A stretch of DNA of 64,000 bases from the NCBI GenBank assembly GCA_963726255.1, contig CAVSBL010000002.1:160001-224000 (forward strand). The letters run 5' to 3'. The stretch is from Candidatus Bathyarchaeota archaeon (lineage in GTDB: Archaea; Thermoproteota; Bathyarchaeia; 40CM-2-53-6). Position numbers and translations under genes: made by a program. Position 1 is the first letter of the stretch; the number at the start of each line of letters is the position of its first letter. This document shows, in pieces, positions 29,922-39,017 of this stretch. The notes beneath the pieces were generated by a model. It saw nothing but the letters and a program-made list of their open reading frames with translations, made no database searches and was not told the DNA's origin.

Positions 29922-29978
29922 TATACGAGTCGTATACCGTACCTTCAACTACGGTGCGGACCGTGGGTCTATAGAGCC
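29922..29978. promoter_or_regulatory. Overlapping palindromes in the divergent pstS/pstB promoter region (candidate operators)
   Basis: TATACGA-G-TCGTATA (29922-29936), ACCGTA-N8-TACGGT (29936-29955) and ACGGT-N4-ACCGT (29951-29964). Confidence 0.45.
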
Positions 29979-30056
29979 GTAATGATTAATTCAAATGCTC
30001 TAGTCGAATTGGTAAGAAAGTCGGTAAGTGAGGACAACAGGGGAAATTTACTGGAC

Positions 30057-30815
30057 TTGGGAACTAAGCTTCAAGTCGTAGAACTCAGCGCAGGTTTCGG
30101 AAAGAAGCAGGTCTTGGAAAAAATCAGTATCGAGTTTAAAGAGAAAGCTGTGACTGCTCTGATTGGGCCATCTGGATGTGGAAAATCAACATTTATTCGT
30201 TGCCTTAACCGAATGCATGAAGTTACTCCGGGCGCGTGGGTTTCTGGCAAAATTCTTCTCGACGATGCTGACGTACTTTCTGAGGATGTCGACCCAGTAA
30301 GTGTTCGGCGGAGAGTCGGCATGGTATTTCAAAGGCCAAACCCCTTTCCTACCATGTCCGTTTTTGACAACGTAGCGGCCGGCCTTCGGTTGAACGGAGC
30401 AAGGGACCATAAGTTGCTAGCTGAGAAAGTCGAGCAGAATCTAAGCCAAGCCTTTTTGTTGGAGGAAATCGGTGACCGCTTGAATGAGTCTGGCGCAAGC
30501 CTTTCGGGTGGTCAACAGCAGAGACTCTGCATTGCACGTGCATTAGCTGTTGAGCCAGAAATCGTTCTCATGGATGAACCCTGTTCGGCCCTCGACCCAG
30601 TTGCGACGGCTAAGATCGAGGAATTGATAGTGAAGCTAAAGGAAACTTACACGGTTATCGTCGTAACGCACAACATGCAGCAGGCGGCCCGAATCTCTGA
30701 CTTTACTGGGTTCCTCTATCTCGGAAAGCTGATCGAATTCGGAATGACTGAGCAAATATTCTCGAATCCAAAGAATGAACTGACCGAGCGATACATTAGC
30801 GGAAAATTCGGTTGA
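30057..30815 (+). CDS. pstB: Phosphate ABC transporter ATPase PstB
   Basis: [34 protein letters not shown] and terminal YISGKFG; TTG 30057 is the likely start. Confidence 0.96.
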   Translation: MGTKLQVVELSAGFGKKQVLEKISIEFKEKAVTALIGPSGCGKSTFIRCLNRMHEVTPGAWVSGKILLDDADVLSEDVDPVSVRRRVGMVFQRPNPFPTMSVFDNVAAGLRLNGARDHKLLAEKVEQNLSQAFLLEEIGDRLNESGASLSGGQQQRLCIARALAVEPEIVLMDEPCSALDPVATAKIEELIVKLKETYTVIVVTHNMQQAARISDFTGFLYLGKLIEFGMTEQIFSNPKNELTERYISGKFG

Positions 30816-30821
30816 ATCAGA

Positions 30822-31448
30822 TTGCCACGCCTAATGGATATGGGTCTTGAAAGACTATCAAATGCCATCAGCGACATGGGGAACCTAGCTCAAGACTCTG
30901 TCATGAAAGCGATTCAAGCCTACGCGAAAGGAGAACAGATAACTGAGCAGGCGCTTGACCGCGCCCGTCAGCTATCGACGCTGGCCAATGAGGTTGAAGA
31001 ACTAGCAGTTGAATTACTTGCCCGATATCAGCCGGTCGCCTCAGACCTACGTTACATAAAGTCATGTCTTGAAATCGCGTACGGGTTCTCTAGATTCGGT
31101 AGGTACGCATACGATATCGCACAGGTCCTTGAGATTTTCGGAGATGTTTCACGATGCGATAGGATAGCTGTCGAAGAACTCTCGGGAAGAGTCACTCTGA
31201 TGATTCAAACTAGTGTTCAATCTTTCAGAACGAAGGACACCAAACTTGCAAGGTCCCTACGCCACGAGGACGACCAGGTTGACAAGATGTACCTCGATTA
31301 TATGAAACGAATCACGAGGGACAAGACGATATCAGTGAAATGTGCGCTTGCTTCAACGCTAGTCATGAGATACCTAGAACGGATCGCGGACCATGCCTGC
31401 TATATCGGTGATTCGGTAATATACATTGTTACGGCCAGCAAGATATAG
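30822..31448 (+). CDS. phoU: PhoU-family protein
   Basis: QPVASDLR, DDQVD and YLERIADHA motifs. Confidence 0.9.
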   Translation: MPRLMDMGLERLSNAISDMGNLAQDSVMKAIQAYAKGEQITEQALDRARQLSTLANEVEELAVELLARYQPVASDLRYIKSCLEIAYGFSRFGRYAYDIAQVLEIFGDVSRCDRIAVEELSGRVTLMIQTSVQSFRTKDTKLARSLRHEDDQVDKMYLDYMKRITRDKTISVKCALASTLVMRYLERIADHACYIGDSVIYIVTASKI

Positions 31449-31487
31449 TAATCTGGAAGTCCTACATAGAACTCTTGGCGTCTCTAT

Positions 31488-32582
31488 ATGCGTACCATGA
31501 AACCAGTCATAAATGCGGACAAGGGCTTGGAGGACAGGTACGTACGCCGCGTCCAAGTGACGGGTCGGGGGTCCTACATTGTATCTATCCCGAAGCATTG
31601 GGTCGAATCGGCGGGGCTGAAGAAGGGGGGACGTGTTGAGTTCAGCAAGCAGCAGAACAGCGGCCTTCTGCTGATTCCGTTTGAGTCCGTGCGGGGAGAT
31701 CAGGAGCGCGCAAGGTGCGAGTTGTCGGTTGCACCTGACGCAGACCCTGATGCCGTAACGAGAAAGATCATTTCATTGTACGTAGTCGGATATTCGACGA
31801 TCGACATTAGCTCAAATGCGGGTAACCTCGCGGCACCGATTCGTGACGCGATACGGGATGTCGCTCGACAGAAGTTAGTGGGAACCGAGATGGTGACGGA
31901 GTCGGCGAGGAGCGCTACTCTGCAGGTGCTTCTCAATTATCCACAGCTACTCGTTCCCGATGCGCTACGGCGAATGGGTTCGATAATGAGCTCCATGCAA
32001 CAAGACGCGATGCAGGCCCTCATTGCGGGAGACATGGACTTAGCGGCACAGGTCGTTAAGATTGACGACGAAATAGACAGGTTCAGCCTCTACATAATCA
32101 GGCAACTCAAATGGGCAGTGCAACATCTACCGCTACTGGAACGAATAGGCCTGAAATCTCCAGTCGAGTGCCTGGGGTACAGGATAATCACCAAAAGCGT
32201 CGAGCGCTCAGCAGACCACGCCTGCCGAGTGGCGCAGAATTCACTGGCCCTAAACCATCCACTTGAACCTGCGGTTACAAAGGAGACTAATGCTCTTGCA
32301 CAATTCTCGTACAAAGTGATGGAAAGCGCATTGCGCGCCCTTTTCTCGCATGACTATGAGCTTGCAGAGAAGACGCTCCTTGAGAAGGACAAGATGGCAG
32401 TACTCGAATCTAAGCTTCTGGAACGCCTTGTTAAGGAGAGAATGCCTGCTGCTGATCTGTCTGCAACGACCCTGATCTCGGACAGCCTTAGGAGAATTGG
32501 CGAGTACGCCAGCGATGTTGCGGAAGTTGTGCTAAATCTCACAGTGGTAGAAGCAACACAACAGAGTGCAAAGAAGCAATGA
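31488..32582 (+). CDS. Archaeal AbrB-PhoU phosphate uptake regulator
   Basis: N-terminal RRVQVTGRGSYIVSIPK.W (AbrB) plus two PhoU repeats. Confidence 0.9.
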   Translation: MRTMKPVINADKGLEDRYVRRVQVTGRGSYIVSIPKHWVESAGLKKGGRVEFSKQQNSGLLLIPFESVRGDQERARCELSVAPDADPDAVTRKIISLYVVGYSTIDISSNAGNLAAPIRDAIRDVARQKLVGTEMVTESARSATLQVLLNYPQLLVPDALRRMGSIMSSMQQDAMQALIAGDMDLAAQVVKIDDEIDRFSLYIIRQLKWAVQHLPLLERIGLKSPVECLGYRIITKSVERSADHACRVAQNSLALNHPLEPAVTKETNALAQFSYKVMESALRALFSHDYELAEKTLLEKDKMAVLESKLLERLVKERMPAADLSATTLISDSLRRIGEYASDVAEVVLNLTVVEATQQSAKKQ

Positions 32583-32680
32583 TGCTATGGATGTAATGGA
32601 ATCATATAGCTTACATGAATCGTAGCGACCACACAAATAGACCTCATATCCAGACAAAGCGTTTTGAAGGTGGTGAAGAC

Positions 32681-32755
32681 ATGAAAAAAGAAAAGCCAAG
32701 ACGGATGTCAGAAGAGGAGACTTCTGCGGAACCCTATTTCTGGTTCCAAGAGTAG
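32681..32755 (+). CDS. Possible 24-aa micropeptide MKKEKPRRMSEEETSAEPYFWFQE
   Basis: SD-like AGGTGGTGA 4 nt before the ATG; very short. Confidence 0.35.
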   Translation: MKKEKPRRMSEEETSAEPYFWFQE

Positions 32756-32904
32756 CCAAAATCAAACCGACTGATTCTCAGATAATTTGGCCTGCGTCTG
32801 TCGAATCGATTCGTTTCATCTTTTCTGCTGATGGCCCACCGGTCCAAAGTGTTCTTGTTGATGCAGCACAGCCTTGATGCCTTGTCGAGCTCATCGCGAG
32901 CCAT

Positions 32905-35697
32905 CTATGAAATCTTAGCTCTGTCCTTCAGAGCTTTCGTAAAGTATTTCCTGCCTTCTTCAATCAACAGCACCAAAGGCGCTAGACTGTAGAGCATAAC
33001 CCAATCCATCAAAGTGAGCGAAGCAGTGTGGAATAAGGGCTGAAGGAATGGAGCGTAGACTATTGAGACGAGGATGGCAAGTTGCGCCAATAAGCCAGGA
33101 AATAGCCACCGGTTTCTCAGAGGGTTGAGTCGAAAGGCAGACTCGGAGCTTGTCCGTGCGGAGAAGAAATTGCCAAGCTGACCTGCCATAATGCCTGCCA
33201 GGACTACTGTCGTCCCCTTGGCGTAAATCCACGGATCATTGACTGCCACCTGACCAAAGCTCCATCCTCCAGTCATCCAAGTGCGAAACGCCCACAGGAG
33301 AGTCCCAATCGATGCTATAACGCCAACATAAAGCGAGCGAAGCAGGACCGGAGCGTCAATCAGTCTGCTGCCCAGTCGTCTCGGCGGTCTTTTCATTACT
33401 CCAGGTTCTGGCGGTTCAAGGATTAGGGCTAACGATGGGAAGACATCCATCCCTAAGTCAATCGCGAGTACCTGTACTACTAGTAATGGTAATGGGACTT
33501 GGAGCAGCACGAATGCGACGAAGGTTACCAATTCTGCCCAATTGTGAGTGAAAACGTAGTACACGAATTTCTTCAGGTTATCGAACATGCCCCTTCCAAG
33601 TTTCACGCCTTCGACGATTGAGGCAAAGTTGTCGTCGAGCAAGACCATGTCTGCGGACTCTCTGGCGACATCTGTTCCACCGACCCCCATTGCGATCCCG
33701 ACCTCGGCCTCCATCAATGCAGGCGCGTCATTTACGCCGTCGCCTGTCACGGCTACTGTTTCTCCTTCAGCTTTGAGAGCCCTAACTACCCGTAGCTTCT
33801 GCTCCGGCGTCGTTCGCGCGAAGACGATTTCTCGTTTGTCGAGCACCTCGGACAATTCCTTGTCGGAGAGTGCTGATAGCTCGTGACCTGAAACCACTAG
33901 ATATTCCGGCGACGTGATGATTCCAATTCTCTTGGCAATCGACTCAGCCGTAAGCTCGTGATCTCCCGTTACCATGATTACGCGCATTCCCGCACTCCTA
34001 GCCTCAGATACAGCCGACTCGATCATTGGTCTGGGCGGGTCAAACAATGCCGCTAAGCCGAGAAACGTGAGGCTGTTCTCGACTGCTTCCGATGCAAACT
34101 CGGTCATCTCGTTGGGGAGGACTCGCATGGCCATTGAGAGGACTCTAAATCCTTCGGCTGCAAAATCATCGTACTGACGTTTCACTGCGCTTTTCTTATC
34201 ATCATCGAGTGGGACAGGTTCATTTTGTAGGAATATTGTCGAACATCTGGAGAGAAGTTCGTTGGGTGCTCCTTTGGTGTATGCGATTAGCGTGCCGTCA
34301 GGTGTCCTATGAATGCTTGTCATCAATCGCCTCTTTGAATCGAAGGGGATTAGCGCTACCCTGGGGTTCTGTGCTAGAGCTTCGCTTACGTTGAAGTCAC
34401 CTTTACCGGCGAACACTAGGAACGCGCCGTCTGTTGGATCGCCAAGCACGGTCCACCTGGGGATTCTGTCAGATGGCGCGTTCAGTTTGGCGTTGTTACA
34501 GAATGCTGCAACCTCAAAGAGTCTGTAGACGTGTGGTCGTTCGACGCTGTTAACTCTCCTGTTTTCGACAGTCACGAATCCCTCAGGACTATATCCGTCG
34601 CCAGTTACTTCAAACATCTCCCCATTGGCCCAGAGTTTCTTCACCATCATCTCGCCGCTTGTTATGGTGCCCGTCTTGTCGACGCACATCACCGTGGTCG
34701 AGCCAAGTGTCTCAACAGACGAGAGTCGTTTTACGACGACATTCTTCTTGGACATCGCGAGAGCCGTTAGGGCCAGGGATAATGAGACGGTGAGTTGGAA
34801 TCCTTCTGGTACTAGCGATACCATTACTCCGATCGCAAAGAGGAGGCTGTCGATCATCTGCAGGTTCACGAATATCTTGGCCACAAGAAAGAAGATCGCA
34901 GCGACCAAGATGGCGACAAGAGAATTGATCTTTGCAGTGTAGTCGATCTCTCTTTGGAGGGGACTTGGGGGTTCCTTTATTTCGCGAGATAGAGAGACTA
35001 TTTTGCCGAATTCTGTCTCCTTGCCCGTTTTGATGACGACACCTCTTCCAACGCCCGAGACGATTGTGGTTCCTGCGAAAACGATGGTCTGGTAATCGGT
35101 TGGGTTATCGACTGTGGCGCCTGGGGTCATTGTGGCGAAGCGTCGCTGAGGATCAGATTCCCCCGTCAACATGGAATTGTCAACAGAAACCTCGAACGCA
35201 TTCGTCAGTCTAACATCCGCGGGGACTCTGTCACCTTCCTCTAATGCGATGAGATCGCCGGGGACAATCTCGGCGACGTTGACTTCGTTCAGCTGGTGGT
35301 CTCTCATCACTTTAGCGTTGGCCGGGACCAGCTTGGAGATGGCTTGTACGGCTTGTTCTGCTCGGTACTCCTGAATCATGCTGAAGAATGAGTTCAGTAT
35401 CACGACGCCGAGAATCGCGAGCCCCATTGAGGTCGAGCCAGGGTCTCCGTAGTACCAGCCGGTCGCGAACGAGAGCAGTGAGGCTACGAGTAGCAGTACA
35501 TTGAATAAGTTCTTGAATTGAGCAAAGAACTTCTGTGCAGCGCTTACCTTCCTAGCTGAAGGAATGGCGTTCGGTCCGAATTTTCGGAGCCTTAACTTTG
35601 CTTGTTCGCTAGAAAGGCCTTCGGGGGTTGTTTCAAGTTCAGCAAGTAACCCCTCGGGGTCTGCGAAGGCTTCTCGGTCATATGGCAAGTTGTGCAC
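32905..35697 (-). CDS. P-type cation-transporting ATPase (type II, Na/K-ATPase-like)
   Basis: TGES, VPEG, DKTGT, DPPR, TGD and GDGVND motifs. Confidence 0.95.
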   Translation of the reverse strand: [930 protein letters not shown]

Positions 35698-35816
35698 CTA
35701 TTTGAGGGGTATCTCATGCTTTGTTGCCCTTTCGTTTCCGACCCATGATTTTCGCTGCTTTAAGATTTCCGTGGGCCTAGTGGTGCACCACCACACGGTG
35801 AGGTGGTTGTTGTTCT

Positions 35817-36013
35817 TTCCTGGATAGTGTGATAGTTGCTTCACTAGCGTTGATGGGGTTCGTAACGTACGAGCTATGGACCGCCGCCTTGGTGACGCAT
35901 TGACGATTCTTGTGGCCGCTGTTAATGCGCTATTGTTGATTCGTTTTCGCGTTAATTCCGGTTGGCTAGTCCCGGCAGGAGCGGTGATAGGGCTGGTGAG
36001 ATTTGCCGTTTGA
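35817..36013 (+). pseudogene. Frameshifted C-terminal remnant of chromate transporter ChrA
   Basis: FLDSVIVASLALMGFVTYELWTAALV, then a 1-nt deletion near 35894, then DALTILVAAVNALLLIRFRVNSGWLVPAGAVIGLV; matches the ChrA C-terminal consensus. Confidence 0.7.
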
Positions 36014-36400
36014 ATCGGTAGCATTAGCGGTGCGCGCACGCTTGGAGGTACCCCTAGAGGGGCGGGTCCCTTCTTGGGGTCAATCGGGGCTGATTTTGCG
36101 GTTTTCTGGTTGTGTCTGCAAGTGTAGTGGTACCAAATGGTCCCACCCTTCATCGGGTGGTCCCACCCCTGATGAACTAACTACAAGGTAGTCGGGGAGT
36201 GGAAGGTAAGATTCGGCACTAGCTGAATTCGAATACGAAGAACTATGCCTACTACTCTCTTTGCTTTTACGGCTGATGTCGCCAGAACGGCCTCTTTCTT
36301 TCTGCGAGTTCATTCTGATTGCGAATTGACGTTATCGTAAGGAGATTCGTTGTGTGTCCACACTGCAACGGCATTCGGTTACGGGGTGGGCTAAGTTTCG

Positions 36401-36799
36401 CTACTCTGTGGTTTGCCCGTCGAAGTGCTCTTCACTTGCCATGGCTTCTCCTTTCGTATGGCGGACCACACCATCCTTGTGTTCAGGTGGGGAGTAAATC
36501 GTGTAGAGTCTAAGGGTCGCTCGCTTAGAGGTATTGATTACATTATGTCTAGCGCCCGCGGGGACGATGATTCCGTTCCCGTCCCTAACACGGTGTTCTA
36601 CGCCGTCAATGACTACTTTTCCTTCTCCCCGTTCAAATCGAAAGAATTGATCGTGGTCCTCGTGTGTCTCTGCACCTATTTCTTCTGATGGTCTTAGGCT
36701 CATGAGTACGAGCTGACAGTGCTTCCCAGTATACAACACCCGCCGAAAATCTGCATTCTTCCTCGTCTCTTTCTCAATTTGAATTATGTATCCTTTCAT
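36401..36799 (-). CDS. Cupin-domain protein
   Basis: FRRVLYTG, QLVLMSL, IGAETH..HDQFFR, HNV and YSPPEH motifs; start MKGY. Confidence 0.9.
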   Translation of the reverse strand: MKGYIIQIEKETRKNADFRRVLYTGKHCQLVLMSLRPSEEIGAETHEDHDQFFRFERGEGKVVIDGVEHRVRDGNGIIVPAGARHNVINTSKRATLRLYTIYSPPEHKDGVVRHTKGEAMASEEHFDGQTTE

Positions 36800-37133
36800 T
36801 TTCTCACACTCATTCACGTACACCTCGTGTTCATGAATCTGTCGTATACGATGCATTCTTGAAAGGATCTAGAACTATGTCAAGAAACCAAGAGAAGGTC
36901 CTCATGAAAGCAGAATGATTCAACAGTAGGTTGGGGAGATGGTTGGCGCGCTACCATGCAAGCTATGATTTACTTCGCGATGAGGCGGCCAATTATCGTA
37001 AGCATGATGCCCAGCACGTACCCCCACGTCGATGAGACATACCCTTTGATCAATTCGTTGATTGGTATTCCTTGGTGCCACGCGAGGCTCATGATGATCA
37101 TGAAACCGAAGAGATTCATGGGGTGATTTCAAG

Positions 37134-37253
37134 ATGGCGAAGAAAAGTAGAGGAGGAAGAATGACTGCGGCTAAGAGGCGTGCCGCTAAGTCAGCTGGTG
37201 GACGCGGTCCTGTAAGAAAACGTCGAGCGGGCCGAAACATCATGAGAACTTAA
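37134..37253 (+). CDS. 39-aa highly basic peptide MAKKSRGGRMTAAKRRAAKSAGGRGPVRKRRAGRNIMRT
   Basis: SD GGGGTGA 7 nt before the ATG; 15 K/R and no D/E; T-run downstream; absent from the ORF track. Confidence 0.7.
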   Translation: MAKKSRGGRMTAAKRRAAKSAGGRGPVRKRRAGRNIMRT

Positions 37254-37485
37254 GCGTAAAGGGGCCTAGAATTGTTACAGACCCTTCCCTGAACGGATAT
37301 TCATTTTTTCGTAGTCCGGTAGACCAAACGGAGGCTTCACACAACCCAAATTCATGCAGGTCTATGATGCAAAAGAAAAAATGTACAGCCATTCAATGAA
37401 GGGGGCGGCCACCGGATGAGTTGAACCCAATCGGGAACAGAAACGTTTATCGGAGCAAGCTTCTGGTTTTACCAGCCGAAAGGTT

Positions 37486-37995
37486 TTGTCGGCTCAAGCG
37501 AAACAAGATATTAGAATCAGGCCGAGTCTTGTGCCGTTCGCTTGGAAAGGTTTTGTCGTAGTGTTATTGGGTATCGTGGTTTACGGTGTAAGCTTTGTCT
37601 TCATGTTTCCATTACCATCTGCTAATTCTCTCCTACGCTATGCAGGCTTGGCAGTGATTGGCATAGGTCTCCTGGGTGTGTTGATTGGTGCTGTTCGTAG
37701 GAACGCGTTCACGTATCTGATTACTGACTCTGATGTTGTTGTGAAGCGGCAGTTGTTGCGTCGTAGTGTTCGGCGCATTCCGTTCTCGTCTATTAGTGAT
37801 GTGCAGGTCTCGCAGAGTATTGTGGGTCGATTGGCGAGGTATGGGGACGTTGTTCCTGTGACAAAGAGTGGCTACGGCTTAGTTCGCGGGACGGAGCCTG
37901 GTGAAAACATAGTCGCAGAGATGGCCGACGTCCCGAACCCGGACAAGGTGGCTGATTTGGTCATGTCCAGATTACGCGCCAGCAAAGTCACTTAG
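37486..37995 (+). CDS. Membrane protein with bacterial PH (bPH_2) domain
   Basis: Two TM helices then YLITD.. IP...ISDVQVSQSIVGRL..YGDV. Confidence 0.85.
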   Translation: MSAQAKQDIRIRPSLVPFAWKGFVVVLLGIVVYGVSFVFMFPLPSANSLLRYAGLAVIGIGLLGVLIGAVRRNAFTYLITDSDVVVKRQLLRRSVRRIPFSSISDVQVSQSIVGRLARYGDVVPVTKSGYGLVRGTEPGENIVAEMADVPNPDKVADLVMSRLRASKVT

Positions 37996-38090
37996 CACCC
38001 GCGACCTTTGGATTATTGGCGACGGGAAAAGGGTACTTCTCTTTCATTCTAATTGTGTATTCGCACCTTTAGACCTGTGTGGGAGTATTA

Positions 38091-38275
38091 TGGTGCGGGG
38101 AGTGGGATTCGAACCCACGAAGGCCTACGCCACGGGATAGCTCACCCGCGCACGTGAACCCTCGCGCCGAGCGCGAATCTTGAGTGTAGCGCGCGTGGCC
38201 AAGCGTAGGCATTAGCATGCCGCACGCGTTCGCAGCACGCGACCCGCCCATTTGACCTGGCTCTGGTATCCCCGC
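38091..38275 (-). tRNA. tRNA-Leu(CAA) with two introns: 57 nt at 30/31 (38186-38242) and 40 nt at 37/38 (38139-38178); CCA encoded
   Basis: Spliced sequence GCGGGGATACCAGAGCCAGGTCAAATGGGCGGGACTCAAGATCCCGTGGCGTAGGCCTTCGTGGGTTCGAATCCCACTCCCCGCACCA. Both introns form bulge-helix-bulge motifs. TATA-like TTTAATTT lies about 30 nt upstream. Confidence 0.95.
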
Positions 38276-38360
38276 ACCGGGAACCCATACAAACCTCTGC
38301 GCCAAATTAAAGTGATGTACAGACGCAAAAACTGTTTGAACGGATAGTTCTGAGACTGCC

Positions 38361-39017
38361 CTACAAGTAGATGTTTCCGGACGCTTGGTCGAAACTTATG
38401 TTAATCTTTTCTAACGGGTAAGGGGCTGGCCCCGCGAGGACTCGTGCATTGTTGCTTGGGTCGTAGATGGCACCGTGGCATGGGCACGAAATGTCCTGCG
38501 CGCTAGGGTCAAATTGGACCTGGCAACCAGCATGCGTGCATATTGCGCTGTAGGCCACGAATTGCCCATTCGTCAGGTGAATCAGGAGCATAGGTCCGTA
38601 TATCGGGTCGTTTAGCGTCAGCGATTGCCCCGACCGAATGTTGGCAGCGTTCGCCAGCAGCCGTTGCCCTGATTGCGGGCCGGGGTTCGATACGTACGAT
38701 GGTGTTTGGGCTTGGGGCGAGAAGAACGCAACTTTAACCCATAAGAGGAATGGCAGGGAAACCGCGGCTACGCCCAGTACATTTCGAAGGAAGTTCCGTC
38801 GTTCCCTCCGAAGCCTAACCTCCGGCGCGGTTCTAACTGCGTCAGCTCGGAATGCCGCACGCGACAGCAAAGCGGGAATTTTCGGTTTCGAAGCGTAGAT
38901 CGACGCAACAACGTCAGCTGAAACCTTTAGCTCATATTTCCGTGCTAGTGTCTCAGCGAACTTCTGCGCATTCTCTTCTTCTGCCAACTTAATCACTCGG
39001 TTTGTGGCTGCTGCCAA
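38361..39017 (-). CDS. Rieske [2Fe-2S] protein with internal Tat-like motif
   Basis: RRNFL plus TM helix, CTHAGC and CPCHGA boxes. Confidence 0.9.
   Translation of the reverse strand: MAAATNRVIKLAEEENAQKFAETLARKYELKVSADVVASIYASKPKIPALLSRAAFRADAVRTAPEVRLRRERRNFLRNVLGVAAVSLPFLLWVKVAFFSPQAQTPSYVSNPGPQSGQRLLANAANIRSGQSLTLNDPIYGPMLLIHLTNGQFVAYSAICTHAGCQVQFDPSAQDISCPCHGAIYDPSNNARVLAGPAPYPLEKINISFDQASGNIYL

Noticed and set aside
29829-30056. Long N-terminal extensions on PstB and PstS in the ORF track
   Set aside because: They overlap each other across the divergent promoter; conserved domains begin at 30057 and about 29853.
32815-32904. 29-aa ORF directly after the ATPase stop (MARDELDKASRLCC...)
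   Set aside because: No SD, not hydrophobic (not FXYD- or sarcolipin-like); consistent with chance.
36138-36215. TGGTCCCACCC direct repeat, alternative hairpins and CTGATGA (hammerhead- or C/D-like)
   Set aside because: Hammerhead GAAA and stem III are missing and stem I is not adjacent to CTGATGA; no paired C/D boxes. At most a hairpin or terminator.
35698-36313. Minus-strand ORFs of 151 and 77 aa upstream of the P-type ATPase
   Set aside because: Shadow of the chrA remnant or non-protein-like composition.
36920-37243. 107-aa minus-strand ORF
   Set aside because: Antisense shadow of the basic peptide gene; its hydrophobic stretch is the reverse complement of Lys/Arg codons.
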